Assembly (NCBI GenBank): GCA_003971905.1 | Contig: RSEE01000052.1 | Span: forward strand, 310,001-374,000 | Source of the DNA: Moniliella sp. 'wahieum' | Taxonomy: Eukaryota | DNA: 64,000 bases | Reading direction: 5' to 3' | Shown here: positions 25,548 to 36,877 of the stretch, piece by piece | Numbering within the stretch: the stretch's first letter is position 1 | Layout of the letters: each line of letters starts with the position of its first letter | The notes under the pieces: model-generated | Told to the model about the DNA's origin: nothing | Database searches by the model: none | Seen by the model: only the letters and a program-made list of their open reading frames with translations | Position numbers and translations under genes: made by a program

Positions 25548-26431
25548 TGTGGGGGGGGGGTGTGGGGGCAGCGACAGCGTGGGTGTGCTGTCGGGCGGTT
25601 GGGTCTGGGGTCGGACGGGGGCGCGGGGGTGGGGGCGATGGAGTGGGTGGATGGCGGAGTGGCGGGGTGTGGGGCGGTTGGGGGGCGGTTGGGGGCGGGG
25701 CTCAGCGAGGTGCAAGGCCCAAGGGAGCGTCGTGCTGCGTGGACGTGCGCGGGTGTGTCGTTGGGCGAGGCGAGCCAATGGCAGCCAGGCGGGCCGCATC
25801 GGCCTTAATCATCGGCCTCATCGGCACCCATCAGCGGCCGCATCGGCCTCATCCATCGCACACAGCGCGCGGATGCCTGTGTGGATGCCGCCCCACGCAT
25901 CGGTGACTGGTGATCGCTGTCATCGACCATCGGTCATCGATCATCGGTCATCCATCCCGGGCCTTGGGGGTTCCGCACCCCCCCCGCCAGCAAGCAGCAT
26001 GCATCCATCCATCCGCCAAGGCTGCAAGGGCATCCACATAACCCACCCATATGCATAACCCGTCATGCATCACCCATCCCGCACGCTACCTCCTCGCTCC
26101 CCCTGACAGCGGACATCTCGGTTCCTTGCTGCCCAACGCGCACAGAGCCAAGCACTCGCCACCCGAGGTGACGTCATCTGTTCCTGCTTCCAGTGCTGTA
26201 GCGACAGCCGCAGCCAGCGGCGCCATATGCCTTCGTTGCAGCCCGCGGAAGCGGTATGTACCCCACCGCGGAATTACCCCCCTTCCCAGGTCACGTGCCC
26301 GGAACTGCTTTTGCCCATTTCAGTTTTCTGCCCATCGTCCCACCTCATCCCATCCCAGCCCAGCCCACCCATCCCATCTCCCCAACGCCACTCACTGGCC
26401 GCAGCCCTGGCCCACCCCACCCGCCCACGCC

Positions 26432-26784
26432 ATGGCCACCAACGCCGAGATCCGCAAGCTGCGCGCGTGTCTGCGCTGCCAGTTCGTTCAGATGGGCCGC
26501 GACTACCATGCGCGCGGCTGCCCCAACTGCGAGGGGGTCCTGTCCATGCAGGGCTCCTGGGACACGGTGGGCGAGACCACCACGACCAACTACGATGGTC
26601 TGATTGCCATGGCCAACCCGGAGCAGAGCTGGGTGGCCAAGTGGCAGCATATTGGTGCGTCGCCGATCGGTCTGCGCTAAGGCGGCCACGAGCGCATACT
26701 GACATGCACCTCCCAGAGAAACGCGTGCCGGGATTGTATGCGGTCAAGGTGAATGGCCGCTTGCCCGAAGAGTACACAAGCTAG
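26432..26784 (+). CDS. SPT4: Transcription elongation factor Spt4; intron 26655-26716
   Basis: LRACLRC...GCPNCE zinc finger, SWVAKWQHI|EKRVPGLYAVKVNGRLP; GTGCGT donor, CTGAC branch, CCCAG acceptor. Confidence 0.95.
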
Positions 26785-27451
26785 CATACCGCCCATTGAC
26801 ACTCAGCACACGGGCACACACGCAACACGCACACACGGATCGCTGCGCACTTGCCTTGCCGGCATCCTGTTCCTTCATGTTCTCTGCCCGAGATGGACTA
26901 CGAGGCAACGTGCGCAGCGTCGTAGAGTGAGGCGCAGCATTGGGATGGATTTTGAGGGTGTGTACGAGGCCTGGTCGGCCGACCAGCGCACTATGGAGGT
27001 GGCGATGGCGGTGGCGGTGTGGTGGTGGCTGTGTAGGGAGGATTCGGTCTGGGGTTGAGCTCTGGGCCCAGCCAGGGCCAGTCTGGGTGCTCGCAGGTCC
27101 GAGTGGGTGTGAGTGGATGGGAGTGGGTGCGAGTGGATACGAGTGGATGGATACACGCGAATGTAGGCCGTCACATGAAGCTTGACAGACAGAAGCGACG
27201 CGTCGTACGAGCTTCTACCGCTGCCAAGAAACGGCTGGGCCATCACTTATACTCATCGCAGTTGGCCGCCCAGCTCGATGCTGATGTAATCACCCCGTCT
27301 CTCCCGATCGGCAGCACGCCCTTTCAACCGGCCTTGGCAGGCCCAGGCTGGCCCACTTAGGGGGTGCCTCCTATCCTACCCTTCTCACCACCTTCTCTTG
27401 TCTTGCTCTCGCCCGTCTCATCCTCCGTTCCTCGGTCCTCTCTGCGCCGCC

Positions 27452-28886
27452 ATGCCGCCCAAGGAAAAGCAGGGCGCCATTGGCGCCACGTCGGCTGCGC
27501 TCCGCAAACAGCTCAACGCGTTCACCACCAAAAAGGAGAAACCGCCTCCGCTCTCGGTCGACGACGGGCCGACCGACTTTCCCAAGCTTAAAAACGATCT
27601 CCTCATCCGTGCTGCCCGTGGAGAGCGGACAGAGCGGCCGCCTGTGTGGGTGATGCGGCAGGCGGGACGCTACCTGCCCGAGTTTCGCGAGCTGCGGGAA
27701 CGCCATGATTTCTTCGAGTGCTGTCGCACCCCCTCGTTGGCGGCCGAGATTACGCTGCAGCCCTTGCGGCGGTACCACGACCTGCTCGATGCCGCCATTA
27801 TCTTTTCCGACATTCTCGTCGTGCCTCAGGCAATGGGGATGGAGTTGGAGATGGTACCGGGAAAAGGCCTCTGTTCCCCGAGCCGCTCCTGGTCCCGGCC
27901 GACATGGAGCGGCTGCGGAAAAAAGTAGATGTGCGCAAGGAACTGGGCTACGTGCTGGAGACGATCACCTTGGTGCGCAAAAAGCTCGAAGGCCGCGTGC
28001 CGCTGATCGGGGTGTGGCGCGCCCTGGACCTTGATGACGTACATGATCGAGGGCGGCGGAGCGAAAGAATTTGACCGGGCCAAGCGCTGGATCTGGGCTC
28101 ACCCCGAAGAAAGCAAAGCGCTGCTGGAACGAATTACCGATGTCTGCATCGACTTTTTGGTGGAACAAGTGCGCGCGGGTGCGCAGGTGCTGCAAGTGTT
28201 TGATTCTTGGGCCGGTACACTGACTCCCTCGGATTTCCGCACGTTTAGCCTCCCCTATCTCCGCGCCATTGCGGCCGGGGTGAAAGATGCGCTTTCGCTC
28301 GAGTCGCGCCGGGCCATCCCCATGATTCTCTACACCAAGGGCGCCGGGAACCACTCGTTGCCCGAAATGGCCAAGTCGGGCTTTGACGTGCTCAGTCTCG
28401 ATTGGACGGTGCAGCCGGGCGTGGCACGAAACATTGTGGACCTCACAACGCTGGGACCGGCCGCGGGGTCGGACGGCGGCGTCGGCCGTAGCAGGCGCAA
28501 CGCGCAGCGTCTTGCACCGTGGTGGTTCCCCCCGTTTATCGGACAAACCATCGGGAAGTGGGACGCCAGTCTCGGAGCAAGCAGCCGGCGTGCCCTCGGG
28601 CATCGGTAAGGAGAATGTGCTCTCGATGGAGGCGACCAGTGGTCACCGGATTGCCCTCCAGGGTAACTTGGATCCCAGTGTTCTCTTTGCGGGCAAACAC
28701 GCCATCCGGGACCAAGTGGACAAGATGCTGCGGGCCAAACGCGGAGGCTTTGGTGGTTCGGGCGCTTACATTGCTAATCTCGGGCACGGGATCACCCCCG
28801 GTGTGGACCCAGAAGACTTGCGGTACTTTCTCAAGTGCGTTCATGAGTTGGGAAGGGAGATCTATGCCACCAATGGGGAAGAGTAG
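27452..28886 (+). CDS. HEM12: Uroporphyrinogen decarboxylase (apparent frameshifts near 27870, 28015 and 28500-28570)
   Basis: [64 protein letters not shown]. Confidence 0.93.
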
Positions 28887-29052
28887 CTGTTTCTTTTTGT
28901 CTCTTGCTTTTTCTAATTCAACGGCTCGACGTTTCAACTCACGTCGGCTCCATTGCTTCAATCAACAAGTACTTTACTGGGAATCATCGATAAAACAGGC
29001 TGAATCTCTGGCCATGGCAGTTTTGGGAGTAAGGAAAGGGTAGGCTAGACGA

Positions 29053-31423
29053 CTAGGCCTTGGGCCAGGAAGAGTAGATGACAGCGCTGAACGCCCGCAG
29101 CTCTTTCACCCCCGTCACGGCTTCCACATACTCGTTGGGGGTGCCCTGAAATGCAAGCTTGCTCAGCTTGGCCACGACGGGGAAAAGAGCGGCGAGCTTG
29201 ACGCGCTTGCCTGCGCCCGTGGTGAAGAACATGCTCTCTTCCTCGGGGGTAAGTTCATGGAAGCGGCGATTCGAGTCGAGCGGGAGCGGCGGCTCCATCC
29301 CGTCCTCCGTCAGCGGAGGAAGACCGAACGTGCCCCGGGTCCCGTTGCGCAAGACAGTAAAGGCAGCGTCAAGAGCCAAGCGCTGGACCAATCGGAAGTC
29401 AGGAGATTCTACGAGATCCTTGCTCTCGTTGAGCAGCGCGTGCAACGCCGGGTCTGCGAGGAGCACCCGCTCCGCTTCCGCGGAAGGGTAACCCGCACCC
29501 TCAGTCACCACCTCCGTCTCTTCCGCTACAGTGGTTGGGAAGAGCACATCGAGAAACCTACATCCCACCCCAGTGGTTAGTGTACTGCTCACCCGCATCT
29601 CAGAAAGACAACGTACGTTCTCCTCTTGGCCAGGAGCCGGCGAGAGCCGCGGGTGGTACCCGAAACCTCGGACAGAGCGGAGGAGTGCAAATCTTCCCCC
29701 CATGCGGATAGGCCAGAGGCATATGCCTCTTGCTCCAGCGGGGGCAGAACATCGTACTCCACTTTCCTTCGCACCGACCGGAGCATGCGGTCAAACTCAT
29801 GCCACGACATTTGGTTCATGATGGAGAGTTGGCCAAACGTGCTTTCCACCGCGGTGCGTACCCGGTCCGCCATGCGATGCCAGCCACGATGGAGGAGCCA
29901 CCAGGAAAAAGTAAGATAAATCCGTTCCGTGTGTGGGTTATGCCGACCGATGCTTCGTCGGAAGGAGCCATCTGACGCTCTGCTGTTCCAAACGCCGCTT
30001 GCAACGCTTCGTCCTCCATGTCATCCGCATCCTGCGGGGGGTTCTCGCCCATGGCCACAACCGAGGCGAGGTAAGAGTATCGTCCAATCAAGTTGAGCAT
30101 GATGTGGGTCTGAAGCGTCAGCAGCACAATCCCATACACACTCGTCACCGCCTGACTGAGCGAGACCACCTTCAATTCGTTCCAAGAGCGAGGGTTTCTT
30201 GTCGTTCTTTAAGCTTGGCTGCTTCGGCTGCTTCCCGCTCCGCCTCAGCTTCTGCTCGGGCAGCAGCTTCAGCGCGTGCCTTCTCCTCTTCATCCAGCCC
30301 TGGATCAGATTCAACGGGCACTTCGCTGGCCCCTTGATCGGGGGCATTTGATGTTTCTTCTGGAGCCTTTTCGTGCTCGGTGGAAGTCTTCTCCTCAGAA
30401 TCAGCATGGCCGTTGGCTCTTTCCACGGGCCCCCTCGCCCTCATGATTGGGAAGGGTGGACGTTGGCTCTGAGGCGCTAGAAGCTTCCGGACCGGTGGGT
30501 ACCTCCGTAAGCAAGGGTTCTTGTGCATCAGGCCTTTCGTTTCAGGGCCCGAGGTATCCAATGCCTTGGTCCCAAGATCTTCGGCAACCAGCGGCTTCGT
30601 TTCCTGATCCTCGGTAGCAGGCTCCTTCCGATCCGACTCCTCGGCAACCGGCTCCCTCGTTTCAGGATCATCAGCAACGGGATCCCCCGCCTCCTCGGTG
30701 GCAGGCTCCTTCGTCACATGCTTCTCGGTTTCGTTGGCCGGGGAATGGTCAGTGGATAGCGCGGTAGGGTCAGATTCCTGGAGAGCACGCTCTGCTGTCG
30801 TTTCATCCTCCACGAGTTCCTTTGCGGCAGCTTTTACGGGAAGAGGATCCAGGACCGTCTTGTCCGGGGAAGGCGTTTTTTCTTCAGAAACAGACTCAGC
30901 CGGTGCAGGCGTCTCATTGGCCGTGCTGTCATCTACCTTGGCTTTGACATCGTCCGAGACGGAGGCAGGAGTCTGTGCCGCAAGCGGCACGTCAGAGGCG
31001 GCCGCTTCCTCCGTCACAGTACGGGGGGGGCCTCCTTGTGATCGGGGAGGGAGGGAGGAGGAGGCTGTTGGCCGGCGGGCAGGGTGCCATTTTGTGGGGC
31101 CGAGACGGGGGGACGAGTCTTTTTGCGCTGCAAGGCCGAGGTGATGGCCTCGACGTTGAGCGACGCGAACACCTGTGCGGCCAGGGCGGGGAGCAGGGCC
31201 AAGGCAGTAAAGTAAAGGTGCAGTCGTCCTGGTTCTGGGCAAAGCGGCGGCGCAGGTTCTCCTTGTCGCGCCGCTCGGCGACGAGACGCTGCTGGGCATC
31301 GCGCACCCGGTCCAGCGCGTACTTGCCCACCACATACACGCCGCCCACCACACTGGTGGTGAAGAAAAGGGCGCGTCGCCGGCGCTGGACGAAGCCAGCG
31401 AGGGAGCTGAGGACCCACGACAT
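29053..31423 (-). CDS. PEX3: Peroxin-3 peroxisomal membrane biogenesis factor (frameshifted)
   Basis: N-terminal RRRRALFFTTSVVGGVYVVGKY, KENLRRRFAQNQDDCTFT, ELKVVSLSQAVTSVY...HIMLNLIGRYSYL, LLNESKDLVESPDF, NEYVEAV...ELRAFSAVIYSSW. Confidence 0.9.
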
Positions 31424-31725
31424 GGGGGAGGCGGGGAAGAAGGCGCTGGATGGTTGCGGGGCTGCACTGCTCGGCTCTGAGTCTGAGTGAGGCCGGGCGC
31501 GCATGAAAGCCGAGATGGGGGCGGGGCGGAATGGCGCGGCGGACGGCGGCCCGGGGGCGAGCAGAGCGGCGCATTTGAAAGTTGCATCTGACGTGGAAAG
31601 TAAAAGTCAAACGTCAACGTTTCGTTCGTTTTGTTTCGTTTCTGAGTTTGTCCCGCTCACCCGTCGCTCACCGCCGCCCACGCCGTCCCAGCGGCACCAC
31701 CACCGCCTCCTTCTCGTCCGCAGCG

Positions 31726-32729
31726 ATGGCCGATGCTGCGCTCGCCCCGGCTGCAGCCTCCCCGCTCGATGGCGCCGAGTGGGTCTCCCTCGCCGCGCGC
31801 CTTGGCCAGACCTGGTCCAACGACCCACGCGCCGTCTGGAGCAGCTTGTCATGATCATCGTACGCCGTCTCCGCCGCTTTCCCTGGGCCCTCCCCCTGAC
31901 CTGACCTCCCCCCCCCCCCCCAGTTTTCCGAGATTGGCGACAAGACCTTTCTGATTGCTGCCATTCTCGCCATGCGCCGTGCGCCCTGGGTTGTCTTTTC
32001 TGGTGCATTCACCGCCTTGGCACTCATGTCGATCCTGTCGGCCGTGATGGGTGCTGCCTTCCCTGCGCTGCTGCCCAAGTCGGCTACGACATTCTGGCCT
32101 CGCTGCTGTTCTTTGTGTTTGGGCTCAAGATGGTGCGGGAGGCACGTGAGATGGACGGATCGGAGTTGGCCGAGGAATGGAAAGAGACGGCGCGGGAGCT
32201 CGACACGGATTCGGTCGAAGCGGTAGGCATGCACGATTTGGAGGAAGGTCAGGCACGTGTCTCTCGTCCTGCTTCGCCTTCCCGACGTGCGCCACCTACG
32301 TTGACCGGGCGTGTGCGCGCACTGCTTGCGCTCGTGTCGAGCCCGACTTATGCCCAGGCACTCGTGCTCACCTTCCTTGGCGAGTGGGGGGACCGCAGCC
32401 AGATCGCCACCATCGCCCTCGCCGCCGCCCACAACGTCATCCTCGTCTCGATCGGCACCATTGCTGGACACTGCGTCTGCACCATGGCAGCCGTTACCAT
32501 GGGCAGCTGGCTAGCGGCGAGGATCAGTGTGCGCCACGTGACACTCGGAGGCGCAGGGCTGTTTTTGCTCTTTGGCTGCATCTATCTCTACGAGTCCTGG
32601 TCAGAGTTCAATGCGTCGACGGCCATGACACCACCTACGAGCGCACCGGCGTTCGATCACCCTTTGCCCACCGCCACCGTGACGGCCACCGTGACTGTAA
32701 CCAAATACCTCACTCAACTCGCCGCATAG
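31726..32729 (+). CDS. GDT1: GDT1/TMEM165 (UPF0016) Ca2+/Mn2+ transporter; intron 31860-31923
   Basis: Two signature motifs SEIGDKTF and GEWGDRSQ; GTACGC...CCCAG intron; one frameshift near 32095. Confidence 0.92.
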
Positions 32730-33060
32730 CATCGGACCAGATCGTCCAGTCGTCCCGCCCTTAAGGGCAGTGATATGCATTTTTGGAGTGGTCCATGGCG
32801 GGGCGGAGATACACCAGGACGGAGTGGTAGTCTAAGTAGAAGTACGAGGGGAGAAAGAGGGAGGGTAACAACTCGAATCCATTGGGGCCAAGGGTAAGGT
32901 GGCCAAAGAAAAAAAGAAAGGTACCGAATGAGGGGGCCCAGGCCGGAGCAAGGCCCGCCAAAACACGACAGAAAAGCAGAGGGATTTTGAAGGGGGAAAA
33001 TGGGATCATGATCGAGGTAGGGAAAAGGACAAATGCAAAAAGGGTCACCACCGCACAAGG

Positions 33061-35883
33061 TCACGCGCGAGTCAGGTATGTCCCCCTGATGGTCACATGT
33101 GCAGGATCAGTCCAAGATGGTGCACGCTACAGAGGGCCCCAACGAACCCAGCCAAACAGTTGACACCTAGCCAACACTCTCACGCCGTACTCGCCTCGCT
33201 GCTTCCGTCCTCAACTTCAAGGGAGGTGCTGGCCAGGGTGGGCAGGCCATGCACAAAGCCATCCAGGACAAGGCGAGGAGGTCCGCTGGCTCTGGGCGAG
33301 GGTTTGGAGCTCGTACTGTTCCTGTGCGTGAGCTTGGAAATCAAGCTGCGCAGGGTTGGACGAAGAAAGAGGATAGGAGGTATGGGCCGCTCCACCAGCC
33401 TGATAGCCCGCGACGTTGCTCTCGCCCTCCGACGTAGCCGATCGATTCGACTTCGAGCGTGGGGCCAGGCGGGTTGGTTGCCCTGGGCCCAGTCCCCGTA
33501 CCGGATGGGAGACGTGCATGGGCGCCGCTGCGTCGGGGCGGGAAGGCTCCTGGGGCCCACCCATGCACAGGCACATACTCCTTATCCAACGTACAGTCGA
33601 GCTGGGCCAGCGCTGTTGTAGGAACGTTATCTGCGCCTCCTGGGACGCAGGGACGGTCGGGCCAAAACAGAGCCGGCGCAAGAGTACGGGCCAACTGGGC
33701 GGGAGAGACACCAGACAAACGGATTGCGTCCTGAAGTGTGAAGAGTTGAAGGAAGCTGATGAGGAAGAGCAAAACTCTTCGTGACAAGGTCGGCAAGGAT
33801 GCCACGACGCGGTTCAAGACGCGGGGAAGAGGTAACTTGCTCCGTCATCCGGTGGAAGCAAGGCGGGTGTCAGCTCAGCCAGATAGGCAAGCAGCACAGC
33901 TCCCGGCAGGCGCGGGTCAGATGGCAAGCCAGCCAAAGTACGTCCCCCGATCGATGCGGACCGCAACTCCACTTGCTCTTGGGGCGGGGGCCGGGCCACA
34001 TACCTTTGGGTGCGGGGCATCGAGAGCAAGCATAGCGTCAGCACAGAAGGAGAGCACAACAGGGACCTGTGCCCTCGGGTAGATTGTGCTTGGGTCATGG
34101 CTGCCTCAAGGCTGAGCCCAAAGACACAAGGGTTAAAGGGGCTTTCCAAGGCAGCGACAATTGCGTCCATACTGGGGGCGTGGGCTCGGGGGCCATGGTA
34201 GGCGCGGCGGCCAGGCGCGCTTACAGGCACTCATTACGGTCCGCATTGCTGTTCCTTCGAGGGGGGGGGGAGGCTGCTCACCTGTCCCTCAATCCACACT
34301 TCCATCGGACGCTGTAACGCGGCAGAAGGCGGGAAACCAGTGATCAGCAACACATTGAGCATCTGCCATGCCCGGAAGGCAGAATCGGTGGAAGGATTGT
34401 GAGTGAGCTGCTTGATGAGTTGGACAAACTACCCAGCAAAGTTAGAAGGGCCTTAAACATAGCAACGCAAGGGGCAGAGGGCGTACCACTTCGTCTCTCA
34501 ACCCTTTGTTGGCAAGGCGGTCTCCACCAACCAACAGAGCTCATCGAGGAGGCTAGCCTGGGCGCCGAGCACGCCTGCGGTTCGGTCCCCGCAGACGCGC
34601 AGAATAATCTTAAACATGGTGTTCGCCTCGCGAACTTGGTGTCGGGGTGTAGACTCCAACAGCGGGGCAACAATGGGCTCGCGCTGCCACGCTCTAAGCT
34701 GGTCCAGCGGGATCTTACGACGCAAGCGGAAGAGACCAGACGCTGTTCTGAAAACGTTTGAGCTGCATAGACCGCCCAGGGAGTAGGGGTCGTAGAAAGA
34801 GAAGGTGAGGACCGCGCCGGGACAGGCGAGGTACCTTGCTGGGTGCGCGGAGCATCGCACTGGTGATCTGAGCAGCAAAGCTGATGGGTTCGATGGAGGC
34901 GCTCGGGGCTCCCGAATGCGAGGCGGGGTGAGTACGCGCGGGAGCGGACGCTCGAGGCCGGTTCTTAGTTCGGCGCCCTTGTGGAGGGCCCGGAGGGGAG
35001 GTGGACCGGTGCGAGTGGGGTCGGGCGGGCAACCCGCTCGGCCGAGGCAGGAAAGAGGAAGGCTGGGAGGAAGAGAGCGTCGAAGGCGGTTGCACACTGT
35101 CCGACCTGGGGACCAGCAACGACGTATGCGAGTCCACCACCAGATGGTCAGGCAGGTGGGCAACTTCCTGAATAGCAGTCATTGGGATGACCAGGCCCCT
35201 GGGCCGGTCCCACTGCGTCACGCTCGACTCGGAGTTGTGGTAGTACGGCCGGCCGCGGTGGGGGTCAAAGAATTCAAGCCAGGCACCGTCCGGCGGTGGG
35301 GGCAGGACAAGTGTGCCACTCGGCACTTCCCAGCGGCACTCACCCGTGTGTGGGTTGGCAAAGAAGGGTTCTCCCGTGGTTGGATCAGTGATGACCGCCC
35401 AAAAATAGGCCCCCCAGGCCATGGGCTGTGGCGACCCGTGTGGGTCCCGGACATGCAAAGGCGTACGACCAGAGGGGCACAATCGGGCTTGTCAGCATCG
35501 GCAGGTTCAGCAGGCTCGGCAGGCCGGCGGGCAGAAGACGAGGGCTGGCTCTGGCTGCGGCGGGGAGGGGAGGAGCGCTCTGCGCCCTGGACCCTATCCG
35601 ACAGGAGAGAGGAGCGGGAGACACGGGCGGCATAGGCGAAGGTGAACGGTTCGTCATCCGACGTGGTGGGATAAGGGAGATGATGGAGGCCAGAGGAGGC
35701 AGTGCGCGTGCCGGTGCGGTGGCCAGTACTCTCTGTGCCCAGGTCGAAGAGGAAGGTACCGGCACTGGTGCCGGTGCTGGTGAGGCTGCTGCGCGGGCGA
35801 TCGGAGCGGCTGGAGGGGGAGCCTCCGGACGCGGGGCTGGGGGGGCTGGTCCACTCGACGTGGTCCGAGGCGGAGGAGGGCAT
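33061..35883 (-). CDS. WW-WW / MyTH4 / RhoGAP protein (ARHGAP39-like), frameshifted with introns
   Basis: FWAVITDPTTGEPFFANPHTGECRWEVP and WLEFFDPHRGRPYYHNSESSVTQWDRP (WW); WQREPIVAPLL...FKIILRVCGDR (MyTH4); VFGLSLE...LPTLSRRVLLFLISFL...LARTLAPALF (RhoGAP). Confidence 0.8.
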
Positions 35884-36877
35884 GTCCGGGGCGGGCAGAC
35901 CGGCGGGCAGGCGTTGGTCCAAGTCCACCGCGCTCCCGGCTGGCAGCAGGTGGCGGTGAGGCGGCCAGGCGTTGAAAAAGCTTCTGAGCGGAGTGTGAAT
36001 TGATCCGCGCTGAGCGCGCTGAGCCTACCGCAAAGTGTTGAACTTGAACTTGATAACTTGAACGTTCACGCGTTCCCGCGACGCTTCCAACGCTCATCAT
36101 GCATCACACGATCCGTCTGGCGGCGGTGGCGCATCTGCAGAGTCGCGCTTTTCTATACAGAAGCGTAGCCGGCGCAACCGTAACCACTGCCGGCCTCTCA
36201 CTCTCATACTCTTACACCTCACAAGCCAAAATACTCACGAATTGGGTCACCGACCGCCTGCCAGTTGTAACCTTTTCGCCCTTGTGTTCATACGTTGACC
36301 GTACTAATAACTGTCAGAGCCTGGGAACTAGCGCAGGAGTCACCGGACGGAAGCATCTCCCTTGATATGTTGACATGTTGACACTGCTGCCTGCCCCCAG
36401 CTGCTGCTCGCCCTGACAATGTCGTGGAATGCAACGAGATGCCTCTCTAGCAGGTCCCGGTGAGGAGGCTTCCTGCTGGAAAAAAACGCGAATTGCAGCT
36501 GATGGTATTAACGGTAGGTGCACAAGGGCAAAAGGCACGCAAACAGAAAAGACAGAAGAGAGCACAGGCTAGTATGTAGGGGGTACAGACGGAGGAGACT
36601 CCTCTCCACACAACCAATACCCTGCTGAGCCAAGGAACGGATTGTGGAAGAGAGGGGTACCTGTTGTCGCCGCAAGTGCAAAGAGACGCAGAGGATGTAT
36701 AAGGAGAATAAGGAGAAAAGAGGGAGAGGAAAAGTTCCTGTGATGTCAGGAGAGAGACGGTATGCTTGTGCTGTGCCAAACAAATCAAGGCCTGAAGAGG
36801 GGAGGGGAGGGGTAAGTGGAGGGCAGTTTTTGAACGGGATTTGGCAATCTGTGAGAGATGTGTACACCGTTGAAAAA

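Noticed and set aside
33970..34020. Apparent loss of the RhoGAP arginine finger (KGMWP instead of EGIFR)
   Set aside because: A frameshift falls exactly here in a C/G run; correcting it could restore GMWR, so it cannot be called.
36038..36068. GAACGTTC heat-shock-element-like motifs (also 46990-46997)
   Set aside because: Only two nGAAn units and embedded in the general palindromic repeat pattern; insufficient to call an HSE.
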